Positions 47,599 through 58,528 of a stretch of 64,000 nt of DNA are shown here, piece after piece. This DNA comes from an uncultured virus (IMG/VR IMGVR_UViG_3300027906_000005) (lineage: Duplodnaviria > Heunggongvirae > Uroviricota > Caudoviricetes). Positions within the stretch are counted from its first letter, which is position 1. Each line of letters begins with the position of its first letter. Below the pieces are notes generated by a model that was not told where the DNA came from, ran no database searches, and saw nothing but the letters and a program-made list of their open reading frames with translations. The translations under genes were made by a program, and so were the position numbers. The DNA is taken from IMG/VR virus record IMGVR_UViG_3300027906_000005, one strand, 5' to 3'.

Positions 47599-49113
47599 AT
47601 GGCATTAGTCACTGACAAATTTAGAATATACGCCGCCGAGAGCTTCAGAGATACTCTGCAAAGTTCAAATAAGGTGTATATGTTCGTCGGTAGGGCGAAA
47701 ACCTGGGGTAGTACAGATGTACCACCAGTAGGTGAACCTATCGATAGCTTTGAGTATGCGAGAGGTGTATACCAAGATTCTGTTGCCTTTAAGCGGGTTG
47801 ATATATCGGATACTGCTCTTGTAGTACCTAGAGTTGATTGGACTGACCCTACTCAGACAACTGGTGGTGTTGGTCGTACATATTCAATGTACAAACCAGA
47901 TTATGCTCCAGCAAAGACAACTGCTAATGGTGCATCTAGGTTATATGATTCAAACTTCTATGTAATGAACTCTGACTTCAATGTGTACAAGTGTTTGTAC
48001 AATGGTCAGGATCCAACCTACCCAAGAGGAAGACCCTCATTGGTAGAACCAACTGGTACATCAACAACTATTATTGAGACCTCAGATAGTCCTGGTAATT
48101 ACTCTTATCGTTGGAAGTACATGTACACCATCGATGCTGATAACATTCTAAAGTTTGTTACATCTGAGTTTATTCCAGTTCTTTCAAATGCTTTAGTAAA
48201 ATCTGCTGCTAACCCAGGTTCAGTTGACACTGTTGTTATTGAAAATGCTGGTGCTGGTTATAACAACGGTACTTATACTAACGTTCCTGTTCGTGGTGAC
48301 TATTCCATTAACGGTGGAACACAAGCACTTTGTACTGTAACTGTTGTTTCTGGTTCTATTTCTGCAGTAACTATTACTCAGGCGGGTGCTGGATACAGTT
48401 TTGCATCTATTGATGTTGCTTTGATCAATAACATTGGTAATGGTACTGGTGCATCTCTTGATGTTGTACTACCACCTAATGCTGGTCATGGTGCTGATGC
48501 TGTAAGAGAATTGGGTGCATATCGTCTTATGTTCACTAGTAAGTTAGAAACTACTAGTGCATTTGTTGATTTCCCTAATGATTTAACATATAGAAGGGTT
48601 GGTATTGTATTAAATCCTTATGATTATAATACAACAACTATCTGTAGTCAGAATACAAGATCTGCTGTTAAAGCAATGATCTTCCCTCAGTCTGGTACTG
48701 GTACTCCAAGTGGTAATTTTGCCCCAGGAGAATCAATAACCCAAGCATCTACAGGTGCTAAAGGATTTGTAGTTTCATACAATGCTACAACTAAGGTACT
48801 GAAGTATTACCAAGATTCAGCTGATGGTGTTGTTGCAGGTAACATAGTTGCATTCTCTGGATCAAATCAGATCACTTCATCACAGAATGCTTACACCGCA
48901 ACTCCTGATGCAACATTTGGTACATCCCAAGTTCCTTTATCACAGATCACTATCGGTGTTTCTGTTTACGAATTAGGTTTATCTTTCACCACTGGTTATG
49001 CCAATGAGGAAATTGAACTAAATTCAGGTGAATTACTTTACATAGATAATAGGATCCCGATCACTCGTTCGGCAGATCAAAACGAAGAGCTCAAAGTAGT
49101 AATTGAATTCTAA
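47599..49113 (+). CDS. gp8: Baseplate wedge subunit gp8
   Basis: YMFVGR...W, VPRVDW, FYVMNSDFNVYKCLYN, Y.WKYMYTI, YIDNR.PITR...Q.EELKVVIEF. Confidence 0.93.
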   Translation: MALVTDKFRIYAAESFRDTLQSSNKVYMFVGRAKTWGSTDVPPVGEPIDSFEYARGVYQDSVAFKRVDISDTALVVPRVDWTDPTQTTGGVGRTYSMYKPDYAPAKTTANGASRLYDSNFYVMNSDFNVYKCLYNGQDPTYPRGRPSLVEPTGTSTTIIETSDSPGNYSYRWKYMYTIDADNILKFVTSEFIPVLSNALVKSAANPGSVDTVVIENAGAGYNNGTYTNVPVRGDYSINGGTQALCTVTVVSGSISAVTITQAGAGYSFASIDVALINNIGNGTGASLDVVLPPNAGHGADAVRELGAYRLMFTSKLETTSAFVDFPNDLTYRRVGIVLNPYDYNTTTICSQNTRSAVKAMIFPQSGTGTPSGNFAPGESITQASTGAKGFVVSYNATTKVLKYYQDSADGVVAGNIVAFSGSNQITSSQNAYTATPDATFGTSQVPLSQITIGVSVYELGLSFTTGYANEEIELNSGELLYIDNRIPITRSADQNEELKVVIEF

Positions 49114-52100
49114 ATGGCACAGAATACAAACCTGAACATAGCTCCTTATTACGACGACTTTGACTCAAGTAAGGGGTTCCTAAAAGTATTGTTCAAGCCT
49201 GGGTACCCAGTACAGGCTAGGGAATTGACAACACTACAAAGTGTTCTCCAGAATCAGATAGATACGTTCGGTCAGGGTGTCTATAAAGAAGGTTCGATGG
49301 TAGTTCCTGGTGGAGTTACTCTGAACAGAGATGTGCCGTGTGTAATCATACAGAATACATATCTAAACTTAGACGTAGAATTATATCGTGCAGCTCTTGA
49401 TGGATTAGTTATTAAAGGTTCAACCTCTGGGGTTCGAGCTCGTGTACTATTCTCAATAAGTGCTACAACTTCTACGAAGAATAATATTACATTTTACTTA
49501 AATTATCTACAGAAAGCAAACGATAATGTCACGTCTACGTTCACTGACGGTGAAACTTTTACTTGTGAAAGTGATATTACTTATGCCTCTACAACTATTG
49601 CTGCTGGAACGCCTATTGCACAGCTCCTGAACTCTTCTGCAAATAGCAGAGGTTCAACTGGTAATATTGGTGCTGGTGTTTACTATGTTAGAGGATACTT
49701 TGTTCCTGTAGCAGAACAGATCCTTATATTGGATCAGTATGGTACCACACCTTCATATAAGGTTGGTCTTAAGGTAGAAGAAAGAATTATAACTGCAGAT
49801 GAGGATGCTACCCTCTATGATAATGCTATAGGTAGCACAAACTTCTCAGCTCCAGGTGCTGATAGATTCAAGATTAATCTAACACTAGTTAAGAAGTTAA
49901 TTACAGATCCTAACTCTGCTGACTTTATTGAATTACTAAGAACTAGTTCTGGTACAATTCAGAAGAAAGTAGAACGTAGTGATTTAGGATTTATTAATGA
50001 AGTTCTTGCTAAGAGAACACAGGAAGAATCTGGAAACTATTATGTCAAGAAATTTTCTATAGATGCAAGGGAAAATCTTGATGATGGATTTAATAATGGT
50101 GTATATGCATCAACTGCTACTACAGGAGATGGGAATTCCCCTTCTGAAGAGAACGTAGCTATTCAATTATCCTCTGGTGTTGCATACGTCAATGGATATA
50201 GAACAGAGAGAATGTCCTCAACATATAAGGACGTTGTAAAACCAAGAACTTTTGACACTGTAGAGAATCAATCGATTGCTACAGATATCGGTAATTATAT
50301 TTTCACCACAAATCAACATCAAGCTCCTACTCTATATGAAACTATAGAATTAAGAGATACCTCAACAGCAACTCCAGGTACTCCTGCAGGTACTGTTATT
50401 GGTAAAGCAAGAGCGATTGATTTTGCATATGAATCTGGTACGAAGAATACTCAGACTACTCTTTATCGTACTAATATTTCAGATACTCAGTTATATACAC
50501 AAATTATTTGCACTGGTAGTGCTACTTGGACAAACGGGAGAAAGGTCTATGGCGCAACATCAGGTGCAACAGGATTCGTACAATCGGGTTCTGGTACTAC
50601 TGGATATCTTTACCAGGTTAATGGTGCTTTCCAAGCGGGAGAAGTCCTAAAGGTCAATGATGCTGCTGGTGCAACTCATGGTACTGTTGCGGCTGGTGGA
50701 GTTAAAAACTATAGTTTCAATGATGTTAAATCTTATGCATTCAGTAGTGGCGGTGGTACTGCTGATGCTGTACTAGACGTTAAGGTAGCTTTACCTGGCT
50801 CTGGTCCTATTCTTTCTAGTGTATCTGGTACAGGTACATCTGCTACAGGTACTATTACAGCAACCCTATCCAATTTCAATACACAATTGAAAATTGGTGA
50901 TGTTATTGAATTCTCAAATAACAATTTGATCCATAAAGCAGAAGTTACTGGTGTTACTAGTGCTTATGTCTTTGCTATCAAGTCTTTAACTTCAAATAAC
51001 ATTGCTAATGGGGCACTTACAAGTCCTGTGGTTAGAACTCGTGGAGAGATTAAGGAAGCAGATAAGAAAGAACTCATTACACCTCTTGGTTTCAATTCAG
51101 TAAAGAATACCAATAAGGATAACACACAGAATCCTGCAGGATACTTCAGAACTGCTATTACTGGTATATCAGTAAGTGGTGGAGCTGCTACTGTTGACGT
51201 AGGTTCAGGTTTTACACTAAGAGATGCAGATAATGGTAAGGACTTCAGAGTTATTGTTACTTCTGGTACTGGTGATGGTGATGTATTAGAAGAAGGCGAT
51301 TTCGCTACAGGTAGTCCATCACAGAATACACAGAGTGTTTCACTAACGGGTCTTTGTGGCGGTGGTAGTGGAACTATAGATGTTGTTGCAACAATATACA
51401 GTTCTAATAGATCTGCAAAAGCTAAGACCACTGAAAGGATGAAGATCCTTAAACTTGACAAAACTACTACAAGTGGTAGTCCTAATGGTTTAACTACAGC
51501 TAATCCAGGTAATGCATATAGAGTAAATGATGATCGCATCTCTCTTGGTACTGGTGATGTATTTGCTATTAAGGCAATCTACGAATCAAAAGATGGTAAC
51601 GACCCAGTAATTCCTAATTTCCAATATACTAATTTACTTGGTACTATTGGTATTGATGAGGTTATAACTGGAGATGATTCTGGTTCTAGGGCAAGAGTTG
51701 TATCAACTACAAGTAATTACGTTTATTATATTCCTATAGATGGTGATGTATTCAGTAATGGTGAAACTATAACTGGACCAAATTCTACCTTTAAAATTAC
51801 CTCAGGTAGTATTAATGAAGGATCTAATGATATAACTTCTAGTTTTGATCTTGATGATGGTCAGAGAGATCAGTTCTATGACTATTCAACTATTGTTAGA
51901 AAGTCTGGTTTCACAGCACCAACACATAGAGTCTTTGTTATCTTTGATAGATGGTTAACAACATCTGGTATTAGTCCATATACTGTAGACTCATATTCAA
52001 CTTCAGAATATAAGATCATTCCAAGGTACAATAAGAAGGCACTTAGGGATTGTATTGACTTTAGACCAATTGTAACTCAACAGTTATCCAATAGTGGATC

Positions 52101-55100
52101 TGTTGCTTCTCCATATACTTTAAGTGCTACTAAGTATCTTGACTTTGATAATAGAGCATTTACTGCTAACTTAACTGGTATTCCAGGTGTAGGCGATACT
52201 ACTATAATATCTCTACAACATTACCTTGGAAGATCTGATAAAGTATTCTTAAACAAGGATAGTGTTATACAGGTAGTTAAGGGTGCTCCTTCTCTCAATC
52301 CAGCTCCCCCTGATGACATTGATGATGCAATGTTATTGGCAACAATTGTATACAACCCATATGTTTTTGATGTTGAGAAAGATACTCAAATAACTGAAAC
52401 AAATTATAAGAGATATACATTTAGAGATATTCAAGTACTTGAAGATAGAATCAAAACTCTTGAGTATTACACACAACTTTCCTTACTTGAAAGTGAAACT
52501 GCAAGTATGGAGATCAGAGACACTAGTGGTCTCAGCAGGTATAAGAATGGTTTCATTGTAGATAACTTCTCAAGTCTATCTACAAGTGATACTCTACATT
52601 TGGATTATAGAGTAGCACTTAACTTTGAAGAAGGTGAGCTACGTCCTGGACATTATACGACTCAGGTACCTCTAACTTATGCAACATCGTCTACAAATGT
52701 ACAACAAACTGACGATATCATAACACTTCCATATACATCTTCTGTAATCATCGACCAACCATATGCGTCAGCTGTGGAAAACGTTAACCCATTTAACGTC
52801 TTTACTTACACTGGTGATATTGAGTTATATCCTGAATCTGATAACTGGGTAGATACAACAGTATTAGATACTATTAAAGGTCCAGTTGTTGAAGGAAACT
52901 TCATGACTACGATCCATGAATATAATGCTGATCAAAATGGTTTCACACCTATTCAGTGGAATGCATGGAAAACAACTTGGACTGGTACAGATGTATCAGT
53001 TAACACTGGTGCATGGAGATCACCTAACCACGGTCAGAAAGGTGGTTGGGAAAGACACAGAACTATTACAACTACAACTACAACCACTACTAAGCAAACA
53101 AGAAGTGGTATTAGATATAGAGTAACTCCAGTTATTGAGCAACAATCTTTAGGAACTAAAGTTGTTTCTGTTGAGCATATTAAGCATATGCGCTCTAGGA
53201 ATATAGAATTTACTTGTGAGAAGCTAAAACCAAGAACTAAGTTCTATGCTTTCTTCGATGGAATCTCACTTCCAACTAAACTTATTACACCTAAGGTAAT
53301 TGGTGTTATTAAGGATCCTAGCACTGATGCTCAGACTAACAGTATACCTTTCCAAATTGGTGAGACTGTACGTGTAGATGGACCTGGTGGAACTGCAGTA
53401 TTCCAAGGAAGAGTAGCAGCACCTAATGAAGGTTATGCGATCAACCCACTAGACGGTACTGATATTAGTACTATTAGTGATTATAAGTCTAACCTATCAT
53501 TCCTTAATATTGATACTAAGTCTTTATCAGATGCTGCTAAGGGAACCTATTTCGGATCACCTAAGATTAATGCTTACGTCTATGGAGAAACTTCTGGTGC
53601 TATTGCTAAAGTTTCTAATAAGGATCTAGTTACTGATAAGAAAGGAAAACTCAGAGGAACATTCTTCATTGGTAATCCAAGTGTTTCTGGTAACTTAAAA
53701 TTCAAGACTGGTACTAAACTATTCAGACTTACTGATTCCGCTACTAATAATAAGACACCTGGTATATCCGATTCTAGTGGTGAAGCAGAATTTTCATCAT
53801 CAGGTATTAAGCAGACTACTCAAGAGACAGTTATCTCTGTGAGAAATGCTAAAGTAACTTCAGAGGATATGAAAGATGCTAGAACTCTTACTAGCGTCAG
53901 TGTTGACCAACAAGAAGAAACTAGATGGTGTGACCCTCTTGCTCAGACCTTCCTTGTAGAAGATGCAGCATATGAAGGTGGAGTATTCTTAACGAAGATT
54001 GATCTATTCTTCCATAGTAAGGATGAAGAAATCCCAGTTTCTATTGACATAAGAACTGTTGAAAATGGAATTCCAACTCAGACTATCCTACCATTCTCTA
54101 AAGTGAATAAGGATGCTGATGACGTATTTACATCTTCAGATGCTTCTAAACCAACAACCTTTACATTTAAGGCACCTGTATTTGTAGGACGCAATCAAGA
54201 ACATGCTATTGTCTTAACATCTGATTCTAACCAGTATAGAGTATTCATCTCATTACTTGGTAAGGATGCTATCGACGCTGCACATGCTGGTGAGAAGATC
54301 TCAGAGCAGCCATATATTGGTGTACTATTCAAGTCACAGAACGCATCTACTTGGACACCTTCTCAGTATGAGGATTTGATGTTTAAGATGTATAGAGCAG
54401 AATTTACACTTCCTACTACAGCAGCACCTTCTAAGTTGATGCTAGAGAACGCACAACTTGGTAGGAATAACGGTGGGTATTTACACCTAAGACCAAATAC
54501 TCTTAGAACAACTTCTGGAAGTGATGAGATTAGAGTGTTCCATGGTAACCATGGTATGCAATCCAATCTTAACTACTATGAATTAACTGGAGTAGTTTCT
54601 GAAGTTGCACCTACTGCCATTAATATGGGATCTGGATTAACAACTACAGGTACTTCACTAACTGTTGATGATGCATCTCAGTTCCATACAACTATTGGTG
54701 GATCTGCTGTAAGTGCTTCTAACCTTGGTTTCCTCAAGATTATAGGTACTGCAGAGGATGGTAGTGGTGATGAGATTATCGCATATCAAGGTATCGCAGG
54801 TAACGTCATTACTATTAATGCTGCAGGTAGAAATTATTCAGGTACTGCAGGATCTGGTACAGGTAAAGCACATGCTGATAATGCAGTTGTTCAATGCTAC
54901 AACCTTACTGGAATCCCACTTACTTTAATTAATGGTACACATAATAATACAACTGGTGGAATTATCTCTATCAATAGTCCTCATAGTTACAACTTGAAGA
55001 TTACTAATAAGACTGCTGGTTCGAGTATTAGTTGTGGTGGATCAAATATGATCGCTTCACAGAATATTCCTTGGGATGTTCTTACACCACAAATCCAAAG

Positions 55101-55803
55101 TCATGTAGAACCTAAGACTAGCTTTATTTGTAGAGTTAAGGGTACTTCTGGAACTTCCTCAGGACCATTCCCAACAGGGTTCAGTGCTGAAACATCATTC
55201 GTTAAAGATAGTGCATGGCAAGATGTTACAGTTGGTGACGATAACAACTTCTTCACAACTAAGGTTATTGCCAACCAGTTAAATGAGATTAACAGGATGA
55301 GTAGTGTGAAATCATTCACTATGGAACTCAATCTTACTTCTGAAGTAACTCACTTGAGTCCAGTTATCGATCTGGCACAATGCGGTATCATCACAACTGC
55401 TAATGTTCTCAATAACACCCCACCAACCACAGGTATGGGTGGAGAGTGTGTTGCTAACTACATTACTAAGGTAGCAAAATTAGAGAAGAGTGCTAGTGGT
55501 ATAAAGGTTATGCTTGCTGCTAACACTTGGACAGAATCTAAGATTGCAGTCATGTATAAGTTAATACCAGTTGGTTACGCAGGTAATTTGGATGATTTGG
55601 AATTCCAATTCTTCAATACTGATGGTAAACCTGATACTGGAGAAATGGTTCCACAGAACGAAATCTTCGCATGGACTGATTATGAGTATACAGTGGAAGA
55701 GACAAATGACTTTGATGGATTCCAAATCAAGATAGCTCTTCTCGCTCACAACCAACCATACATACCTAGAGTTAAGGATTTCAGAGCAATCGCTCTTGCA
55801 TAA
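49114..55803 (+). CDS. Large virion structural protein, VrlC/DUF4815-like
   Basis: NLNIAPYYDDF..KVLFKPGYPVQARELTTLQS, APGADRFKI, YKNGFIVDNF, DPLAQTF. Confidence 0.85.
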   Translation: MAQNTNLNIAPYYDDFDSSKGFLKVLFKPGYPVQARELTTLQSVLQNQIDTFGQGVYKEGSMVVPGGVTLNRDVPCVIIQNTYLNLDVELYRAALDGLVIKGSTSGVRARVLFSISATTSTKNNITFYLNYLQKANDNVTSTFTDGETFTCESDITYASTTIAAGTPIAQLLNSSANSRGSTGNIGAGVYYVRGYFVPVAEQILILDQYGTTPSYKVGLKVEERIITADEDATLYDNAIGSTNFSAPGADRFKINLTLVKKLITDPNSADFIELLRTSSGTIQKKVERSDLGFINEVLAKRTQEESGNYYVKKFSIDARENLDDGFNNGVYASTATTGDGNSPSEENVAIQLSSGVAYVNGYRTERMSSTYKDVVKPRTFDTVENQSIATDIGNYIFTTNQHQAPTLYETIELRDTSTATPGTPAGTVIGKARAIDFAYESGTKNTQTTLYRTNISDTQLYTQIICTGSATWTNGRKVYGATSGATGFVQSGSGTTGYLYQVNGAFQAGEVLKVNDAAGATHGTVAAGGVKNYSFNDVKSYAFSSGGGTADAVLDVKVALPGSGPILSSVSGTGTSATGTITATLSNFNTQLKIGDVIEFSNNNLIHKAEVTGVTSAYVFAIKSLTSNNIANGALTSPVVRTRGEIKEADKKELITPLGFNSVKNTNKDNTQNPAGYFRTAITGISVSGGAATVDVGSGFTLRDADNGKDFRVIVTSGTGDGDVLEEGDFATGSPSQNTQSVSLTGLCGGGSGTIDVVATIYSSNRSAKAKTTERMKILKLDKTTTSGSPNGLTTANPGNAYRVNDDRISLGTGDVFAIKAIYESKDGNDPVIPNFQYTNLLGTIGIDEVITGDDSGSRARVVSTTSNYVYYIPIDGDVFSNGETITGPNSTFKITSGSINEGSNDITSSFDLDDGQRDQFYDYSTIVRKSGFTAPTHRVFVIFDRWLTTSGISPYTVDSYSTSEYKIIPRYNKKALRDCIDFRPIVTQQLSNSGSVASPYTLSATKYLDFDNRAFTANLTGIPGVGDTTIISLQHYLGRSDKVFLNKDSVIQVVKGAPSLNPAPPDDIDDAMLLATIVYNPYVFDVEKDTQITETNYKRYTFRDIQVLEDRIKTLEYYTQLSLLESETASMEIRDTSGLSRYKNGFIVDNFSSLSTSDTLHLDYRVALNFEEGELRPGHYTTQVPLTYATSSTNVQQTDDIITLPYTSSVIIDQPYASAVENVNPFNVFTYTGDIELYPESDNWVDTTVLDTIKGPVVEGNFMTTIHEYNADQNGFTPIQWNAWKTTWTGTDVSVNTGAWRSPNHGQKGGWERHRTITTTTTTTTKQTRSGIRYRVTPVIEQQSLGTKVVSVEHIKHMRSRNIEFTCEKLKPRTKFYAFFDGISLPTKLITPKVIGVIKDPSTDAQTNSIPFQIGETVRVDGPGGTAVFQGRVAAPNEGYAINPLDGTDISTISDYKSNLSFLNIDTKSLSDAAKGTYFGSPKINAYVYGETSGAIAKVSNKDLVTDKKGKLRGTFFIGNPSVSGNLKFKTGTKLFRLTDSATNNKTPGISDSSGEAEFSSSGIKQTTQETVISVRNAKVTSEDMKDARTLTSVSVDQQEETRWCDPLAQTFLVEDAAYEGGVFLTKIDLFFHSKDEEIPVSIDIRTVENGIPTQTILPFSKVNKDADDVFTSSDASKPTTFTFKAPVFVGRNQEHAIVLTSDSNQYRVFISLLGKDAIDAAHAGEKISEQPYIGVLFKSQNASTWTPSQYEDLMFKMYRAEFTLPTTAAPSKLMLENAQLGRNNGGYLHLRPNTLRTTSGSDEIRVFHGNHGMQSNLNYYELTGVVSEVAPTAINMGSGLTTTGTSLTVDDASQFHTTIGGSAVSASNLGFLKIIGTAEDGSGDEIIAYQGIAGNVITINAAGRNYSGTAGSGTGKAHADNAVVQCYNLTGIPLTLINGTHNNTTGGIISINSPHSYNLKITNKTAGSSISCGGSNMIASQNIPWDVLTPQIQSHVEPKTSFICRVKGTSGTSSGPFPTGFSAETSFVKDSAWQDVTVGDDNNFFTTKVIANQLNEINRMSSVKSFTMELNLTSEVTHLSPVIDLAQCGIITTANVLNNTPPTTGMGGECVANYITKVAKLEKSASGIKVMLAANTWTESKIAVMYKLIPVGYAGNLDDLEFQFFNTDGKPDTGEMVPQNEIFAWTDYEYTVEETNDFDGFQIKIALLAHNQPYIPRVKDFRAIALA

Positions 55804-56030
55804 TGAGTAAAGACGTAGACATCTTTCTAGTCCCTGTCAGTGGTCACAACCAGCTTGGCAGGGATCCGTCGTCTAATGCGATAATAAACACAGATCAAAG
55901 TGCTTATGATGCGTATAAGAGAGCACGAAGGGAAGCAAAGAGAAAAGAAGAAGAAATGAGCTCTCTTAAGAGTGAAGTAGATGAATTAAAAGAACTTGTT
56001 AAAAGTTTGGCTCAGAAGGTGGATAAATAG
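55803..56030 (+). CDS. Conserved hypothetical protein
   Basis: V.GH..L.RD..SNAIINTD...Y..Y, then a coiled coil. Confidence 0.75.
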   Translation: MSKDVDIFLVPVSGHNQLGRDPSSNAIINTDQSAYDAYKRARREAKRKEEEMSSLKSEVDELKELVKSLAQKVDK

Positions 56031-56037
56031 AGTTAAG

Positions 56038-56044
56038 CTAAATA
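56038..56044 (+). promoter_or_regulatory. Late promoter variant CTAAATA
   Basis: 22 bp before ATG 56067; a GATAAATA also lies at 56022. Confidence 0.55.
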
Positions 56045-56066
56045 ATACTTAGGATTCCTTTAGAGT

Positions 56067-56405
56067 ATGGCAAGTGCTGTATCCAATCTGCTGATTTATC
56101 AAGGTTCAGACTTCATTATCGATTTCACTATCGAGAATGATAACGGAACTGTATTTAACCTAACTGGTTATTCAGTAGCTTGCAAGATTAAGAAACACTA
56201 TACTAGTAGTTCTTCGACTACGGTAACAGCGGCAATATTGTCTCCTGCTACTGCTGGTCAGATTCAACTATCGTTAACTAATGGACAAACGGCCGCAATG
56301 AAGTCAGGTCGTTTTGTATATGATGTCGTTATTACTTCTGCTTCTGGTACCAAGTCAAGAGTGCTAGAAGGTTCTGTCAGTGTACTTGAGGGGGTAACTA
56401 TCTAA
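56067..56405 (+). CDS. Virion structural protein
   Basis: NL.I.QGSDF...NLTGY...GRFVYDV.I....KSRVLEG. Confidence 0.8.
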   Translation: MASAVSNLLIYQGSDFIIDFTIENDNGTVFNLTGYSVACKIKKHYTSSSSTTVTAAILSPATAGQIQLSLTNGQTAAMKSGRFVYDVVITSASGTKSRVLEGSVSVLEGVTI

Positions 56406-56626
56406 TGGCAAGACTGAGATTTGGAGACCAATCGGTTCCAAGAGTAACTAGAGTCGCCACAGGTGGTGGTGGAGGAACCATCGGAGGAATGTCCGATGTT
56501 GACCTTACTGATTCCTCGCAAGGTGGACTAGCAAATGGTGCAGTGCTAGTTTACGATGCTGCGAACACAAAATTTGTACCAACAAACATTTTAAACGACA
56601 TCACTATCAACGGGGGTAGCTTCTGA
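56405..56626 (+). CDS. Small tail-fibre-associated protein
   Basis: MSDVD...GAVLVYD...INGGSF end motif. Confidence 0.7.
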   Translation: MARLRFGDQSVPRVTRVATGGGGGTIGGMSDVDLTDSSQGGLANGAVLVYDAANTKFVPTNILNDITINGGSF

Positions 56627-58302
56627 TGGCATCGAATATCCTAATTAAAAGGAGTACTGGATCAACCGCACCAGGAACCATAACTTACGGTGAATTAGCC
56701 GTAACAACTGGTGGTAACGGTACACAAGCAAACGCTGGTGACCGATTATTCATTGGTGACAATAGTAGTGCTGCTCAGGTAGTTGGTGGTAGATACTTCA
56801 CGGACATGTTGGATCATGCCCATGGTACTGTAACTGCATCATCTGCTGTTCTTGTAGATAGCAACTCAAAGGTAGATACTTGGAATGTTGATGACATTAA
56901 CTTGAATGCTAACGTCATTACAACAGCCACTACTGATGCTGACCTCATCTTCCGTGCAAATGGCACAGGTAAACTAGTAATAGAAGATGGTCAGGAACTA
57001 GAATTTGGAACTACAGGAGATGTAGAACTCTCATTCAATGATTCAGACGCAGTTTTAGACATTAAGCGTGTAGCAGGAACCCCCGACTTGCGTATCGCTG
57101 ATGATATGAAACTAAACTTTGGTAATGCAAAGGATGCTTCTATCAGATATGACGAGACTACTACTGACAAGATCCAAGTAGATGGTGCAGACTGGAACTA
57201 TGGAACTGGTGTCCAAGTAAACTATGCAGATACAACTGATGCTTCCAACGTAGCAACTGCATCTGTAACTTATGCTGGTGGTATTGGTGTTGCTGCAACT
57301 GCATGGATCAAAGACCTTAAGGTTGATGACAACACAACATTGGGTACTGCTAATACTGACACACTAACAGTTAACGCAACTACAACCTTCCAGAATCAAG
57401 TTACCTTCAATGGTCTAACAAACATTACTGGTAATACAGCTCAGACTGGTCAAATTGAAATTGACAATCTGAAATTAGATGGAAATACACTTTCCACTAT
57501 TAATAGTGTACAAGAATTGATTATTGACCCATATCCTGCAGGTGGAGACGCTGATGGTTTGGTCATAATTAAAGGTGACCTTCAAATTGATGGTACTACA
57601 ACGACTGTTAACTCTGCTTCAATGAGTGTTAACGATCCTACCATTGAATTGGGTGATCCTACTACTCCAGTATCTGTTCAATTAGCAGCTGCTGCTTCAC
57701 AGGCAGATGTTAAAGTTGATGCTGTAGAACAACTACAAGTTGGTGACTCTGTAACTGCTACAGGAATTCCTGGTGGCACAACTATATCTGCTATCAACAC
57801 TGGTACTAAGACCCTTACATTATCTGCTAACATCACTACTGAACTTGCTCTTGGTAGCACAATAGTTACAGTTAGAGGTGCTGATGATGCAATGGATCGT
57901 GGTGTTAAAGTACACTACAATGCATCTGGAACCAACAAGTTTGGTTTCTTCGGTTATGACCGTACAGGTGGTAACGATGGTGCAGGTGCTTGGACATTCA
58001 TTGAAGAAGCAACTGACACAGGTACTGTTTTCGGTGTAACTGGAAACCGTGGTACTGTTCTTATTGGTGATCTTGAACTAGACACCGACCTTACCGTTCA
58101 GTATGGTGGTACTGGTGCTAGTACATTCACTCAAAACGGTATCATATATGGTAATGCTGCAGGTGCTTTACAAGTAACTGGTGCTGCTAATATGAGTACT
58201 CCTGGATCTAGTCCTGACGTAACTGATTCTTATCAGATACTAACAGTAACTAGTGGTGGAGTTCCCGTATGGACAAACACCATCGATGGTGGAACTTTCT
58301 AA
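56626..58302 (+). CDS. Tail fibre/connector-like protein
   Basis: ILIKRSTG..AP..ITYGELA start; GDLQIDGTTTTVNS; ends IDGGTF. Confidence 0.75.
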   Translation: MASNILIKRSTGSTAPGTITYGELAVTTGGNGTQANAGDRLFIGDNSSAAQVVGGRYFTDMLDHAHGTVTASSAVLVDSNSKVDTWNVDDINLNANVITTATTDADLIFRANGTGKLVIEDGQELEFGTTGDVELSFNDSDAVLDIKRVAGTPDLRIADDMKLNFGNAKDASIRYDETTTDKIQVDGADWNYGTGVQVNYADTTDASNVATASVTYAGGIGVAATAWIKDLKVDDNTTLGTANTDTLTVNATTTFQNQVTFNGLTNITGNTAQTGQIEIDNLKLDGNTLSTINSVQELIIDPYPAGGDADGLVIIKGDLQIDGTTTTVNSASMSVNDPTIELGDPTTPVSVQLAAAASQADVKVDAVEQLQVGDSVTATGIPGGTTISAINTGTKTLTLSANITTELALGSTIVTVRGADDAMDRGVKVHYNASGTNKFGFFGYDRTGGNDGAGAWTFIEEATDTGTVFGVTGNRGTVLIGDLELDTDLTVQYGGTGASTFTQNGIIYGNAAGALQVTGAANMSTPGSSPDVTDSYQILTVTSGGVPVWTNTIDGGTF

Positions 58303-58321
58303 AAATTAGAATCTTATTAAA

Positions 58322-58528
58322 ATGAATGCACAAATTGTTATTTCTACATTACAAAAAAAAGTATCTGAGTTGACCCTTGTTAATGTGATGCTGGAAGCGC
58401 AGATCCAAGATCTGTCAGCCCAGTTAAATAGTATAACCGAACAAAAAACTAGTGATGCTATAACAGATGGCAACGAGAATCAAGCTCAAGAGATCGACGA
58501 CAGCGGCAGCCGTCCCGACGACTTCTAA
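58322..58528 (+). CDS. Small coiled-coil protein
   Basis: LQKKVSELTL.NVMLEAQI; overlaps the next gene by 62 nt. Confidence 0.65.
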   Translation: MNAQIVISTLQKKVSELTLVNVMLEAQIQDLSAQLNSITEQKTSDAITDGNENQAQEIDDSGSRPDDF